64,000 nt of DNA. Origin: Promethearchaeota archaeon. GTDB lineage: Archaea; Asgardarchaeota; Lokiarchaeia; Sigyniarchaeales; SOKP01. The stretch is taken from the NCBI GenBank assembly GCA_019058365.1, contig JAHPZE010000011.1, forward strand, positions 1-64,000. Reading direction: 5' to 3'. Below the pieces are notes generated by a model. It worked only from the letters and a program-made list of their open reading frames with translations, was not told where the DNA came from and did no database searches. How positions within the stretch are numbered: position 1 is the first letter of the stretch; each line of letters starts with the position of its first letter. The position numbers were made by a program, and so were the translations under genes. Below are positions 50,853 to 60,274 of the stretch, one piece after another.

Positions 50853-52256
50853 ATGATAGATAATTTTAATGGAAGAATATTACTACAACCAAATGAAATT
50901 CCAAAGAATTGGATAAATATTTTACCAGATTTACCCTCTTCTATGACGCCCTTAATTAATCCGATGGATGGGAAACCCATTCCTCCTGAAATGGCATTTG
51001 CTATATTTCCAAAAGAATGTGTAATGCAAGAGTTCTCTTTAGAACCTTTTATTCCCATCCCTAAGGATTTGAGGGAAATTTTTGCCCGTACTTATCGACC
51101 AAGTCCACTACATCGTGCTTTAGGCTTAGAGAGAGACTTAGGTATAGAAGGAGATAGAATTAAAATATTTTATAAAAATGAGTCTTGTTCTCCAACGGGG
51201 TCACATAAACCTAATACTGCCATAACCCAAGCATACTATGCAAAAAAAGAAGGTACTGAAGAATTGGTTACGGAAACAGGTGCTGGACAGTGGGGATCAG
51301 CTTTGGCATATGGCTGCAATTTATATAGACTTAAATGCATCGTATACATGGTAAGAGCAAGTTTCATCCAAAAACCAGGCAGAACTATTTTAATGAGAGC
51401 TTTTAATGCTGAAGTACATGCTAGTCCTTCAAATCTCACTGAATCAGGAAATAAATTTTTACAAAAAGATCCCAAACACCCAGGTAGTCTAGGAATCGCG
51501 ATTTCTGAAGCATTAGAACATAGTATGAGAAGTGATAAAGCACGATATTCTCTTGGAAGTGTAGTTAATTTTGTGCTTTTACATCAAACAATTATAGGAC
51601 AAGAAGCTAAAATACAACTAGCGAAAGTGGGTATTAAAAAACCAGATATAATTATCGGGTGCATGGGAGGTGGTTCTAATTTTGGAGGCTTGATGATTCC
51701 GTTTATGAAAGATAAACTTAACGGAACAACTCCAGATATGGAATTTATTGGTGTAGAACCTCGAGCATGCCCTAGTGTTTGTAAAGGAGAGTATAGATGG
51801 GATTTTGGAGATTCTTCGATGAAAGGGCCGATAGTGAAGATGTATACTCTAGGGCATACTTTCGTGCCAAGCCCAATTCATGCGGGAGGATTAAGATATC
51901 ATGGAATGGCTCCTATTATTTCAATTCTATACAAAAACAAATTTCTCAACACAGTTATGCATCATCAAACTGAAGTAATTAACGCCGGTATTCAGTTCGC
52001 TAGAGCTGAAGGTATACTTCCTGCTCCAGAAACTGCGCATGCCATACAAGAAACAATTAATCAGGCATTGAAAGCTAAAGAAAACAATGAGAAAAAGGTA
52101 ATCTTGTTCAATTTTAGTGGTCATGGATTTTTTGATCTATTAGCTTATAAGGAGTTTATGGCTGGAAATTTAAAAGAATTTGAATTACCTACTAATGAGA
52201 TTCAAAGAAATTTAGATTCTGAAGAAATGCCCATAATCGATGAAACCAAATTTTAA
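50853..52256 (+). CDS. trpB2: Tryptophan synthase beta chain 2 (TrpB2)
   Basis: IPKNWINI, SPTGSHKPNTA (PLP Lys), TETGAGQWG, GGGSNFGG, IHAGGLRYHG, NFSGHG. Confidence 0.95.
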   Translation: MIDNFNGRILLQPNEIPKNWINILPDLPSSMTPLINPMDGKPIPPEMAFAIFPKECVMQEFSLEPFIPIPKDLREIFARTYRPSPLHRALGLERDLGIEGDRIKIFYKNESCSPTGSHKPNTAITQAYYAKKEGTEELVTETGAGQWGSALAYGCNLYRLKCIVYMVRASFIQKPGRTILMRAFNAEVHASPSNLTESGNKFLQKDPKHPGSLGIAISEALEHSMRSDKARYSLGSVVNFVLLHQTIIGQEAKIQLAKVGIKKPDIIIGCMGGGSNFGGLMIPFMKDKLNGTTPDMEFIGVEPRACPSVCKGEYRWDFGDSSMKGPIVKMYTLGHTFVPSPIHAGGLRYHGMAPIISILYKNKFLNTVMHHQTEVINAGIQFARAEGILPAPETAHAIQETINQALKAKENNEKKVILFNFSGHGFFDLLAYKEFMAGNLKEFELPTNEIQRNLDSEEMPIIDETKF

Positions 52257-52333
52257 CAAATAATTTTTTTTTTAAAAATACTTGTTTTTTTAATCGATTA
52301 ATTAAAACTGAATTTGTATTAAAACTGATTACT

Positions 52334-53578
52334 TCATGGAAATAACCGAGCTATATGTCTATCGTAAATGTTTTCGATAATATTTGGAGTTATTATATAT
52401 TCATATTTTTTTAGGACTTCTATATATCGAGATCCCATTTCCCCAGCAATTTTATATCCAATATGCAGAAATTGACGAAAATTTGGATTAAAATCTTTAC
52501 AAGCTTCATCATGTTGTAAAACTTTAGCAAATTCTTCGCCAGTCCAATTGTTAACCAAGCTTGGATGAGGCAATTTATCTTTTTTGATATTTATCACAGT
52601 TCTATAAGGAAGATATAGCTCATCAAACCGAATATAAGCTTTATTATAAATTTCTTTAGCGATTTTCAGACATTCACCTCCAACAATGGCTAAAGTAGCT
52701 ATTTCTTCTAACCATGTAGTTCCAGACGTCTTTAAATGAACTCCAGTGTTAAATTTTTTAATAACATTATTAATAATTTCATAAATTGAGAATTTATCAC
52801 TTCCGGAATGAATGCTTAACTTTAAATTATTTGGCAAAGAGAACTCCTTTATCGAAAACTGAATAATCTCTATTAAATTCTCAAAATTTTTCGCAAACTG
52901 CTGAATGTTTCCCTGATAATCAATTCCCTTATAAAAGCTACCACAAAATCTAGGAGCAAATGTCTGAACGGGGATTTTTTCATCGGCTATAGCAGCTAAT
53001 ATAAAAAGTACTTCTATAGGTGTTTGAGGTTTACTCGATTCATCCATAGAGATTTCAATTATAAAGTTATTCTTACCCTTTTTTTCCTCAATTTTACGAT
53101 AAATCTTCCCAGCTTCTTTTATTGCGAGGAGATATTCTTCAGCAATAGAATATACCTGCTTTTCGTTAACATTTAAAGACTCTTTGATATTTAGAATTGA
53201 TATTTTTCTAATGTATTTTTCATATTTATCAGTAAAAGCTTTTAAGTCATCATTCGACGCTTTTTTTCCTATAAACTCTGCTACATCCAGTGTAAAAAAA
53301 TTACATGAATCAACATACGAATCCACATTAGAAAATCCTATGTGATCAGCATCAATATAATATTTACCCTTCCATTTTAATTCCTTTACGGCCTTTTGAG
53401 CTTCATTTAAAACATCTAGAGGTGTTGTTTTGGTAATTAAATGTTCTCTATGAGATTTGTTCCACACAGCAGCAAGGTCTACACCATTTTCTTCTGCTTT
53501 TATTATTGCTTTTAGTAGAGCTTTCCCTTGGCATCCAAATCGATCCCCTATGCCAATTGAATATTTTTGTAATTTCAT
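52334..53578 (-). CDS. uxaE: Tagaturonate/fructuronate epimerase family
   Basis: SIGIGDRFG, DADHI, EISMDE, APRF.G.F.KGIDY, KLSIHSGSDKFSIY, HLKTSGTTWLEE. Confidence 0.9.
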   Translation of the reverse strand: MKLQKYSIGIGDRFGCQGKALLKAIIKAEENGVDLAAVWNKSHREHLITKTTPLDVLNEAQKAVKELKWKGKYYIDADHIGFSNVDSYVDSCNFFTLDVAEFIGKKASNDDLKAFTDKYEKYIRKISILNIKESLNVNEKQVYSIAEEYLLAIKEAGKIYRKIEEKKGKNNFIIEISMDESSKPQTPIEVLFILAAIADEKIPVQTFAPRFCGSFYKGIDYQGNIQQFAKNFENLIEIIQFSIKEFSLPNNLKLSIHSGSDKFSIYEIINNVIKKFNTGVHLKTSGTTWLEEIATLAIVGGECLKIAKEIYNKAYIRFDELYLPYRTVINIKKDKLPHPSLVNNWTGEEFAKVLQHDEACKDFNPNFRQFLHIGYKIAGEMGSRYIEVLKKYEYIITPNIIENIYDRHIARLFP

Positions 53579-53620
53579 ATCAATTTGATAGGTAGTTAAT
53601 TTTTTTAAATGTTTACTCTT

Positions 53621-54259
53621 TCATGTAGTAAGAGCAATTTTACTTAATTTGTGATCTCTTTTTTCTTTTAATCTGTAAGAAAACCTTTCAAGATTTATAA
53701 GAATATTTTTTAAATTATATTTTTCCATTCTTTCTCTAATTGCACAAAATCCAGTACAATTTCCCCAATCAAACGGGGATTCACATTTATAACAAGTTTT
53801 TAAAAAACCATAAACATGATATAAATTTAACGAGGTTAATAAGAAATTTAAAATGATAAAACCAATTAGTAAGTTTGTTTTTCTTGAGTTTGGAAGTTCC
53901 ATTATCCAATAAAATAATAATGCCGCTCCAATCCCAATAATAAATTTCTGTAAAATCTTTAATCTTTTTCCCTTTATTAAATTTAAAGGACTTAGAAAAA
54001 ATGTTGTTAAAAAAATGAGACTTATTATAATAATACTATTAGAAGAAATTATATTGCTAATGTTTAAAATTCTAAATATCATGAATGCCAGAAATGCTGT
54101 AGGATATCCAATGAAACATCCGATACATAATCCTTGGTTTCCACATTTAATTACGTGGTTTTTAAATTTTTCACATTCTGGATGATGACTTAAAAAGAAA
54201 GGTAAAAAACTTTTTCCATATAATATTAATTTTTTCAATTTTCCTCGGTTTTTGCTCAA
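53621..54259 (-). CDS. Membrane protein with Cys/His clusters (putative metal binding)
   Basis: SHHPEC...H...LCIGC before four TM helices and CYKC...C..FC after them. Confidence 0.6.
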   Translation of the reverse strand: MSKNRGKLKKLILYGKSFLPFFLSHHPECEKFKNHVIKCGNQGLCIGCFIGYPTAFLAFMIFRILNISNIISSNSIIIISLIFLTTFFLSPLNLIKGKRLKILQKFIIGIGAALLFYWIMELPNSRKTNLLIGFIILNFLLTSLNLYHVYGFLKTCYKCESPFDWGNCTGFCAIRERMEKYNLKNILINLERFSYRLKEKRDHKLSKIALTT

Positions 54260-54399
54260 ATTTTTTACTCCCTTTTAAATTAACAGCATCTATTTGCTCT
54301 CTTTTATAATTAAAATTAACTTATTTCATCTTTAATTCTATGTATTTTTTAAGAAAGTCTTTCCGAAAAATAAAGATTAATAAAAATATATATACCTTA

Positions 54400-54834
54400 C
54401 TAGAGATAGTTAAACCAATTAAACCAATTAAACCATTGAAAGAACAAGAAATAAAATAACAGGAAACAAACGAAATCAAATATCCCTAAAACTATTCCTA
54501 TCATTGCTATTGCATTATTCTCATCTCTGCCTATTCCAAGACCACCTAAAATTATTGCAGCTATTCCTAAAACAGGAGCGATATAAAAAGCACCACAAAA
54601 GATACCAATTAATGCGGAAATTACTGCTGCTATTCCATAATTATTATCTCCGCTGGAACTAAATGGTCGTTGATATGGCCGTGTTTGAATTGTCTGAGGC
54701 AGTCTCGTTATCTGTGGTTGCTGTAGAGGCTGTGATTGTGGAATTTCTGTTTCTTTTAGAATCTTTCCGCAATTTGGACATGCATTCCATAATTCTTCTA
54801 CTTCACTACCACAATTTGTACAATACGGACTCAT
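54400..54834 (-). CDS. Zinc-ribbon plus two-TM (DUF4190-like) membrane protein
   Basis: CTNCG..CPNCG, Q/P-rich linker, AIILGGLGI...AMIGIVLG. Confidence 0.72.
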   Translation of the reverse strand: MSPYCTNCGSEVEELWNACPNCGKILKETEIPQSQPLQQPQITRLPQTIQTRPYQRPFSSSGDNNYGIAAVISALIGIFCGAFYIAPVLGIAAIILGGLGIGRDENNAIAMIGIVLGIFDFVCFLLFYFLFFQWFNWFNWFNYL

Positions 54835-54943
54835 AATATTCTATTTTTTTGTTATTCTGAATATTAATATCTTGTTTTTTTATAATTAAATATTTAACTT
54901 CAAGAAAAGTTTTTCTAATAGAATGATTTAAAATTTGTATTAT

Positions 54944-56095
54944 TTACATTTCATGTCCTAACTCTAAAGTTTTATCTCTAATTTGAGAATTACTACTAAT
55001 TTTACAATTAGGTGCTATAATTGCTCTCTCTAGGACAACATTATCTCCAATTTCACAATTATTACAAATAATACTTTCTTTTATTAAACAACCCGCACCA
55101 ATTTTAATTTCATCCCAGATGACACTTTTCTCAATTACCGAATCTTCACCTATGGTTACATTATTTCCTATTGATGTTAATTCTTTAATTTTTACTCGGT
55201 TCTCTAACTGGACAAACTCTCCAAAACAAGCGGGTTTTTCAATCATAATGTTTTGTCCAGAGTTTATAATACCCATCACATAAATTCCATCATAATCAAC
55301 ACCGTTAGGTAAAATAGGCCATACATATTTACGTAATAAGTCCCAATTTGCCCATAAATAAGTAGTTGAATTTCCAGCATCCATCCAATAATAATTTTCA
55401 ACAAATCCATATAGATCATATTTATTTTCGAGGAGGTACGGAAAAACTTCGCTTCCAAAATCCATTAATCCTGTTTCATGAAGGATATTTCCAATGTCTT
55501 TACTAAAACAATAAATGCCCGTATTAATTATGTTGGTATGTAAAAAGAGATCTTCTCGTTGAGCCATACTACTTAAGTATAATTCCATGGGTGCTGGTTT
55601 TTCTAAGAAAAGATATATTTTTCGATTTTTATCTAACAATACAACACCATATTGAGAAATATGACTCTCAACAGTTTTCATTGAAATTGTTGCTAGCCCT
55701 CCTTTTTCAGAATGGAATTCCATGAACCGCTTCATGGGGAGATTTGTTACGATGTCTGCCATCGATACGACAAATTTTTCAGAATCGATTCGATCAGTTA
55801 AAAGCCTATACGCATCTGCGGTACCTCTACTCTCTTGAATCTCATATTCTAATTCTACATCTCCTAATCTGTCTGGAGTCCAAGTTTTTTTGATATATTC
55901 TCTCATTTCCTTTCCCTTGTAAGCTAATGCTAGTACAATGTGCTTAATATCTGCGTATACTAAATGTGCAATCGCATAATCAACCATAGGAACATTTGTA
56001 ACTTTTACAAGCGGTTTTGGAATTAAAGATGTCAAAGGCATTAATCGATTACCTTTACCTCCTGCTAAAACTATTGCAGACCATTCACGAGTCAT
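54944..56095 (-). CDS. NDP-sugar pyrophosphorylase (mannose/glucose-1-phosphate nucleotidyltransferase) with a C-terminal left-handed beta helix
   Basis: LAGGKGNRLMPLT..PKPL, GTAD, FLEKP, INTGIY, YWMDAG, hexapeptide repeats. Confidence 0.92.
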   Translation of the reverse strand: MTREWSAIVLAGGKGNRLMPLTSLIPKPLVKVTNVPMVDYAIAHLVYADIKHIVLALAYKGKEMREYIKKTWTPDRLGDVELEYEIQESRGTADAYRLLTDRIDSEKFVVSMADIVTNLPMKRFMEFHSEKGGLATISMKTVESHISQYGVVLLDKNRKIYLFLEKPAPMELYLSSMAQREDLFLHTNIINTGIYCFSKDIGNILHETGLMDFGSEVFPYLLENKYDLYGFVENYYWMDAGNSTTYLWANWDLLRKYVWPILPNGVDYDGIYVMGIINSGQNIMIEKPACFGEFVQLENRVKIKELTSIGNNVTIGEDSVIEKSVIWDEIKIGAGCLIKESIICNNCEIGDNVVLERAIIAPNCKISSNSQIRDKTLELGHEM

Positions 56096-56243
56096 ATTAC
56101 TCTAGTTTAAAAATTTATAAAGGAAAAATATGATTTTATCACAAAATTATTCATAATTAATAACATAATCAATAGATTTAAATCTAATTTTATTTGATTT
56201 AAAAAAGTTATTAATTTAGAGTATAAAGAACCATTGTTAATTT

Positions 56244-57521
56244 TTATTTAAGATACTTTTCTAATGATTCTCTGATTTCTTTTGCTGCTATATGAGGTAA
56301 TTTTCTTGCAACTCGCATATCATCAGCTAATTCAGCACCACCAATTACCTCATGAGGAATTATATCCGCAAACAAATGAAAATTAGCATCGTAACCATAT
56401 GGGCAGCTGTTAAACAAAATATTACGATTTTTATCGATTTCAATATCATCTAATGCTTGGAAAATTAATTTTAAACAATGAGCTAAATCTTGAATTTGAT
56501 TACTCTTCAATTGTGAAAATCTTCTTATATGTTCATTTGGATGAAATCGAATATGATAATTTCTCACAGGACTACCTGTAGTGTAAAATGTCCAGAATTC
56601 CGTTTCCAATATGATTCGATCAGAACCACCATGAGTAGTTTCACATAAATGGCATCTATCTCCCATTTCTTTAAAGGCCTCGAGATATCCTTCTAATCTG
56701 CTTCCATGACCATCCATATTTAAATCAATATAAACTTGGCTATGTATTCTTGGTTGAGAACCACCAACTTTAGTACCTATGTTGAAAAAGGGCATAACGG
56801 GAATATCATAATAATCTTTATTAATAGATTCTTCAATACAATATAGAATTGCTGCTTTCATTGAGAGAAAAATACCTGCTAACACATCCTCGGGTATTAA
56901 CTTGAAACATAATGAAGGATAAAAATTACGCGAAATAGTAACTAAATTAATTCCTTCTGATAATTTTATATGTGGAGGTAGGTTTTTCATTATATGCGCT
57001 TCAATATCTCGATCTATAATCCGTGCCATTGAAGGGTATCTATTTATTAGAGTTATTGCTTTACACGTATCTGGAATTCTTTCTATTCGATGTGGAGTTT
57101 CTGAGAAGGGATCATCTCGTTTTAATTCATCTTCAGTTATAATCATTGTAAATCCATCTCCAATAGGCATTCCCCAATCATCATGAGCAATCTTACCTTC
57201 AATTATTGAAGAAAAAACATCCTTAAATTTTGATACTGCTTTCTCTAAGCAATTATAAAATTGTTCTTCCTGTTCATCACTTTTAAATCCTTTTGGTCTT
57301 AAACCTCTAATTGGAGATATATAGGAATAATGACCATAAAATCTCATATGTTCTTTTCGAAGACCAAAAGCTTCTGATGTAATTTTTACTGTAGAAAGAG
57401 GATCCCATCGTTTAACTGGACAATCATATGTTGTTTTATCCTCAAAATTTTCTTTATTTATAATACCCCACTCCATAAACTTGGGGTTGTAATGATCTGG
57501 GTTTTTTTTTTCTTCAGAAAT
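56244..57521 (-). CDS. GalT-like HIT-superfamily nucleotidyltransferase; probable ATT start at 57521 (first ATG at 57476)
   Basis: NRYPS, FFNIG.KVGGSQPRIHSQ, CHLC and a second HIT-like half; GAGGTAGG SD upstream of ATT-TCT-GAA-GAA. Confidence 0.75.
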   Translation of the reverse strand: MSEEKKNPDHYNPKFMEWGIINKENFEDKTTYDCPVKRWDPLSTVKITSEAFGLRKEHMRFYGHYSYISPIRGLRPKGFKSDEQEEQFYNCLEKAVSKFKDVFSSIIEGKIAHDDWGMPIGDGFTMIITEDELKRDDPFSETPHRIERIPDTCKAITLINRYPSMARIIDRDIEAHIMKNLPPHIKLSEGINLVTISRNFYPSLCFKLIPEDVLAGIFLSMKAAILYCIEESINKDYYDIPVMPFFNIGTKVGGSQPRIHSQVYIDLNMDGHGSRLEGYLEAFKEMGDRCHLCETTHGGSDRIILETEFWTFYTTGSPVRNYHIRFHPNEHIRRFSQLKSNQIQDLAHCLKLIFQALDDIEIDKNRNILFNSCPYGYDANFHLFADIIPHEVIGGAELADDMRVARKLPHIAAKEIRESLEKYLK

Positions 57522-57701
57522 TGAAACCTACCTCTTTACTTTTTTCAATTAGATTTTATAAAATATATTTCAATGGTATTTATTTTTTACTTAATTCCAT
57601 AATTATTAGGACACATATAACTAAAAAAAAATAAAAAAAAGAAAAGAGCTTTGTTTAGCTATATTATGTTAAATTTAACAAAGCCATAAATTGAAAAATT
57701 C

Positions 57702-57992
57702 TTAATATTCTAGTTTCTTAATGATCTTATATGTTTTAAATTCTCGAACGGGCTCATCCTTTTCATTTAGACGCTCAACTGGAACTCTAACATAATTTTC
57801 ATCATCAAATTCTTCAATTTCAGCTTCCTTATATTTAGCCATATTATCAGCTAGTTTCAACTCTCTAAGCAAGAAGTCTCTTACAGCTACTCTAATTAGT
57901 TCTGATCTAGAGGGATATAACCCATTTTCACCCACTAATTTTTCAATACTATCAATATACGATTCTGGAATGTTAACAGTAACAATTTTCAT
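57702..57992 (-). CDS. Ribbon-helix-helix (CopG/CdrS-like) transcriptional regulator
   Basis: IVTVNIP...IEKLV...YPSRSELIRVAVRDFL. Confidence 0.88.
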   Translation of the reverse strand: MKIVTVNIPESYIDSIEKLVGENGLYPSRSELIRVAVRDFLLRELKLADNMAKYKEAEIEEFDDENYVRVPVERLNEKDEPVREFKTYKIIKKLEY

Positions 57993-58400
57993 TTTTATAC
58001 ACCTTATAATATCTTAGATATGCCAAATTTAAAAATCGGCAAAATGACTAAAGCTTTTTTTAAACCAAACGCCTTAAACCACAATTTTTTTTATATTGTA
58101 TTGTATTACACATTAATATTTAAATGTTTTTTTTTATCGGATTAATATGTTTTAAGAAAGACTAATTTGTCATGTCTTAAATATTCCAAATATTATATCA
58201 ATGTATTAATTTTTAAAATATTTCTATACTCCTCAGATTTAAAGTCATTTTTGAATTTCATTTTCATATATAAAGGTGGTTAAAAAAATTTTATTTACTT
58301 TCAAATTAATAGAAAAAAACTAAAAAACCAAGCAATTTATTAAACAATTTTTATTTATTTAAATATTCATTAAAATTTCCTCAATTTAAATAACAAAATA

Positions 58401-58422
58401 TTTGAACAAATTTTTGTTCAAA
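58401..58422. promoter_or_regulatory. Perfect 10-2-10 inverted repeat, candidate operator
   Basis: TTTGAACAAA-TT-TTTGTTCAAA in a 700-bp divergent intergenic region. Confidence 0.5.
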
Positions 58423-58696
58423 CATATTTTAAACGAATATTGTAAATATTCTCTTACTTATTCAGGCAATAATAGAAATAAAACATACAGTAATACTTTT
58501 ATCTAACAAAATTTCTTGATAATCCAACTATTTCATAGTTTTTAGAATGTTATGATATTCTTAGCAAAATAAAAGAACGCCTTTAACTTTATTTCAAACA
58601 AATAATCTTAATTCAAATAAATTTTTATATACAATCCATTGATATATTTATAATTGTCTATGAATCAAAATTATTAACTATAAAAAGGGAAAGATA

Positions 58697-60109
58697 TTGT
58701 CAGAACAGAAATTATTTCAAGTTTTCGTTAATAAAATAGAATTTGATCCCGCTGAATACTTAGTATCAAGCAAAGAGCATGAGCTTACTGATTTTCAGAA
58801 AAAAACGATCGAAAGTGCTACTTCTATAATGAAAGAAAATATAATTGGAGAAATTCAATCATTTGGAGGAAATCTCAAAACAAATGAAGAGAAGGTAAAA
58901 GAACTCGAAAATAAGGTTAACGAAGAATTAAAAAACGAGGAATATGAAGATTTAAAGAAAGATTTGAAGAATTACAGTAAATTATTACGGGAAATAATTG
59001 AAAAGACTTGTGTCGTAATAATTCCTGTAAAAGAAATGCCTTGGGTTAATGTATTATTTCGGACAATTCCTCGAATAATTTTTAACAAGAGATTAGAGCT
59101 TTTAGATAATGCAATTGCTTATTACGGTGAAATCAAATGTGTTATTTCACGCCCAACAATCTTTGGAAAAATGAAAGACGAAAAACCATTATTCGCACCA
59201 ATTATGGGACCTATTGATTTAGGGGGGTATAAACTGGATAAATCTCAAACAGATCCTAAATCTCAAATCTACTCTTATATAAGCGCAATAATTAATTCTT
59301 TTGATTCAATAATAACAAAAAACCATCTCGCAAAATATCATGAAGGTTATCAAAGACATGGTGATCCTATTTGTGATTTTTTAATGAAAAATAATGAATT
59401 AATGAATTCAATGGAAAAAGTCACTTCTGGTATCGAATCAAATCGACTTTCATCAGATATTGCTATCTTTAGCATAGCAATCCCTCACACTAATGAAAAG
59501 ACTACTTTATTATTAGTTACAGATGAAGGTAAAGATCCAAGTAAATATTCAAGGTGTTTTGAAGCGCTCTTAAGATTTTCTGCTGAAAGCTGTAATGTCC
59601 CAGCTCAACAACCCCAAACGCCTGGACAAGTAATTCCTCCCTCCCCTGGAGCAGTTAGAACTCCTGGGGGACAAGAACTTAAAACTTGGACAGCTAAAGA
59701 GTTAACAGAAGAAGCAGAAAAAAGAATGTCCTCTCAGCCAGATATTCCTACTTGGACTGAAGATGATTTAACAAAATTCGCAGGTGAGAGAGGAACAGGA
59801 TTACCTGAAGGAATGGAGTTCTGGACTGAGGAAGAATTGCAAGAATTATCAAAAAAGCGACAAGGGGGTTTAGATATACCTGAATGGAAATTAGATGATA
59901 ACATGAGAGAATGTACTAAATGTGGTTATAGTTTAAGACCTGGATGGAGCAGATGTCCTGTTTGCGAGACTCCAGTAGGTGCTAAGCCAGAATCAGAACC
60001 CATTGAGCAGCCCATTCCAGAACTAAGTGAAGATTCAGAAGAACAGCCTGTTGAAAAGACAGAAGAAGATCTTTCACAGGATAATGAGGACGAAAAAGTG
60101 GATCAATAA
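58697..60109 (+). CDS. Hypothetical protein with WT-x-x-(E/D)-L repeats, a zinc ribbon and an acidic tail
   Basis: KTWTAKEL, PTWTEDDL, EFWTEEEL, PEW; CTKCG-x8-CPVC. Confidence 0.7.
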   Translation: MSEQKLFQVFVNKIEFDPAEYLVSSKEHELTDFQKKTIESATSIMKENIIGEIQSFGGNLKTNEEKVKELENKVNEELKNEEYEDLKKDLKNYSKLLREIIEKTCVVIIPVKEMPWVNVLFRTIPRIIFNKRLELLDNAIAYYGEIKCVISRPTIFGKMKDEKPLFAPIMGPIDLGGYKLDKSQTDPKSQIYSYISAIINSFDSIITKNHLAKYHEGYQRHGDPICDFLMKNNELMNSMEKVTSGIESNRLSSDIAIFSIAIPHTNEKTTLLLVTDEGKDPSKYSRCFEALLRFSAESCNVPAQQPQTPGQVIPPSPGAVRTPGGQELKTWTAKELTEEAEKRMSSQPDIPTWTEDDLTKFAGERGTGLPEGMEFWTEEELQELSKKRQGGLDIPEWKLDDNMRECTKCGYSLRPGWSRCPVCETPVGAKPESEPIEQPIPELSEDSEEQPVEKTEEDLSQDNEDEKVDQ

Positions 60110-60274
60110 TATCATTTATACTTTTTTGTTTACTTACTCAATAGCAAAAGATTGATTGCCTTTCATATTTTAAACCAAAAACTTTAAAAGTAATTAGAAT
60201 CAGCAAGATTCCAAACTTTTTTTAAGGTAGTTTTATTTTCAAACTTATAGGAATTAAGAATTCGAGAAATTTAA

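Noticed and set aside
54411-54437. 9-bp tandem repeat encoding WFNWFNWFN
   Set aside because: A short coding microrepeat at a membrane-protein C-terminus; not a CRISPR array or a Trp leader.
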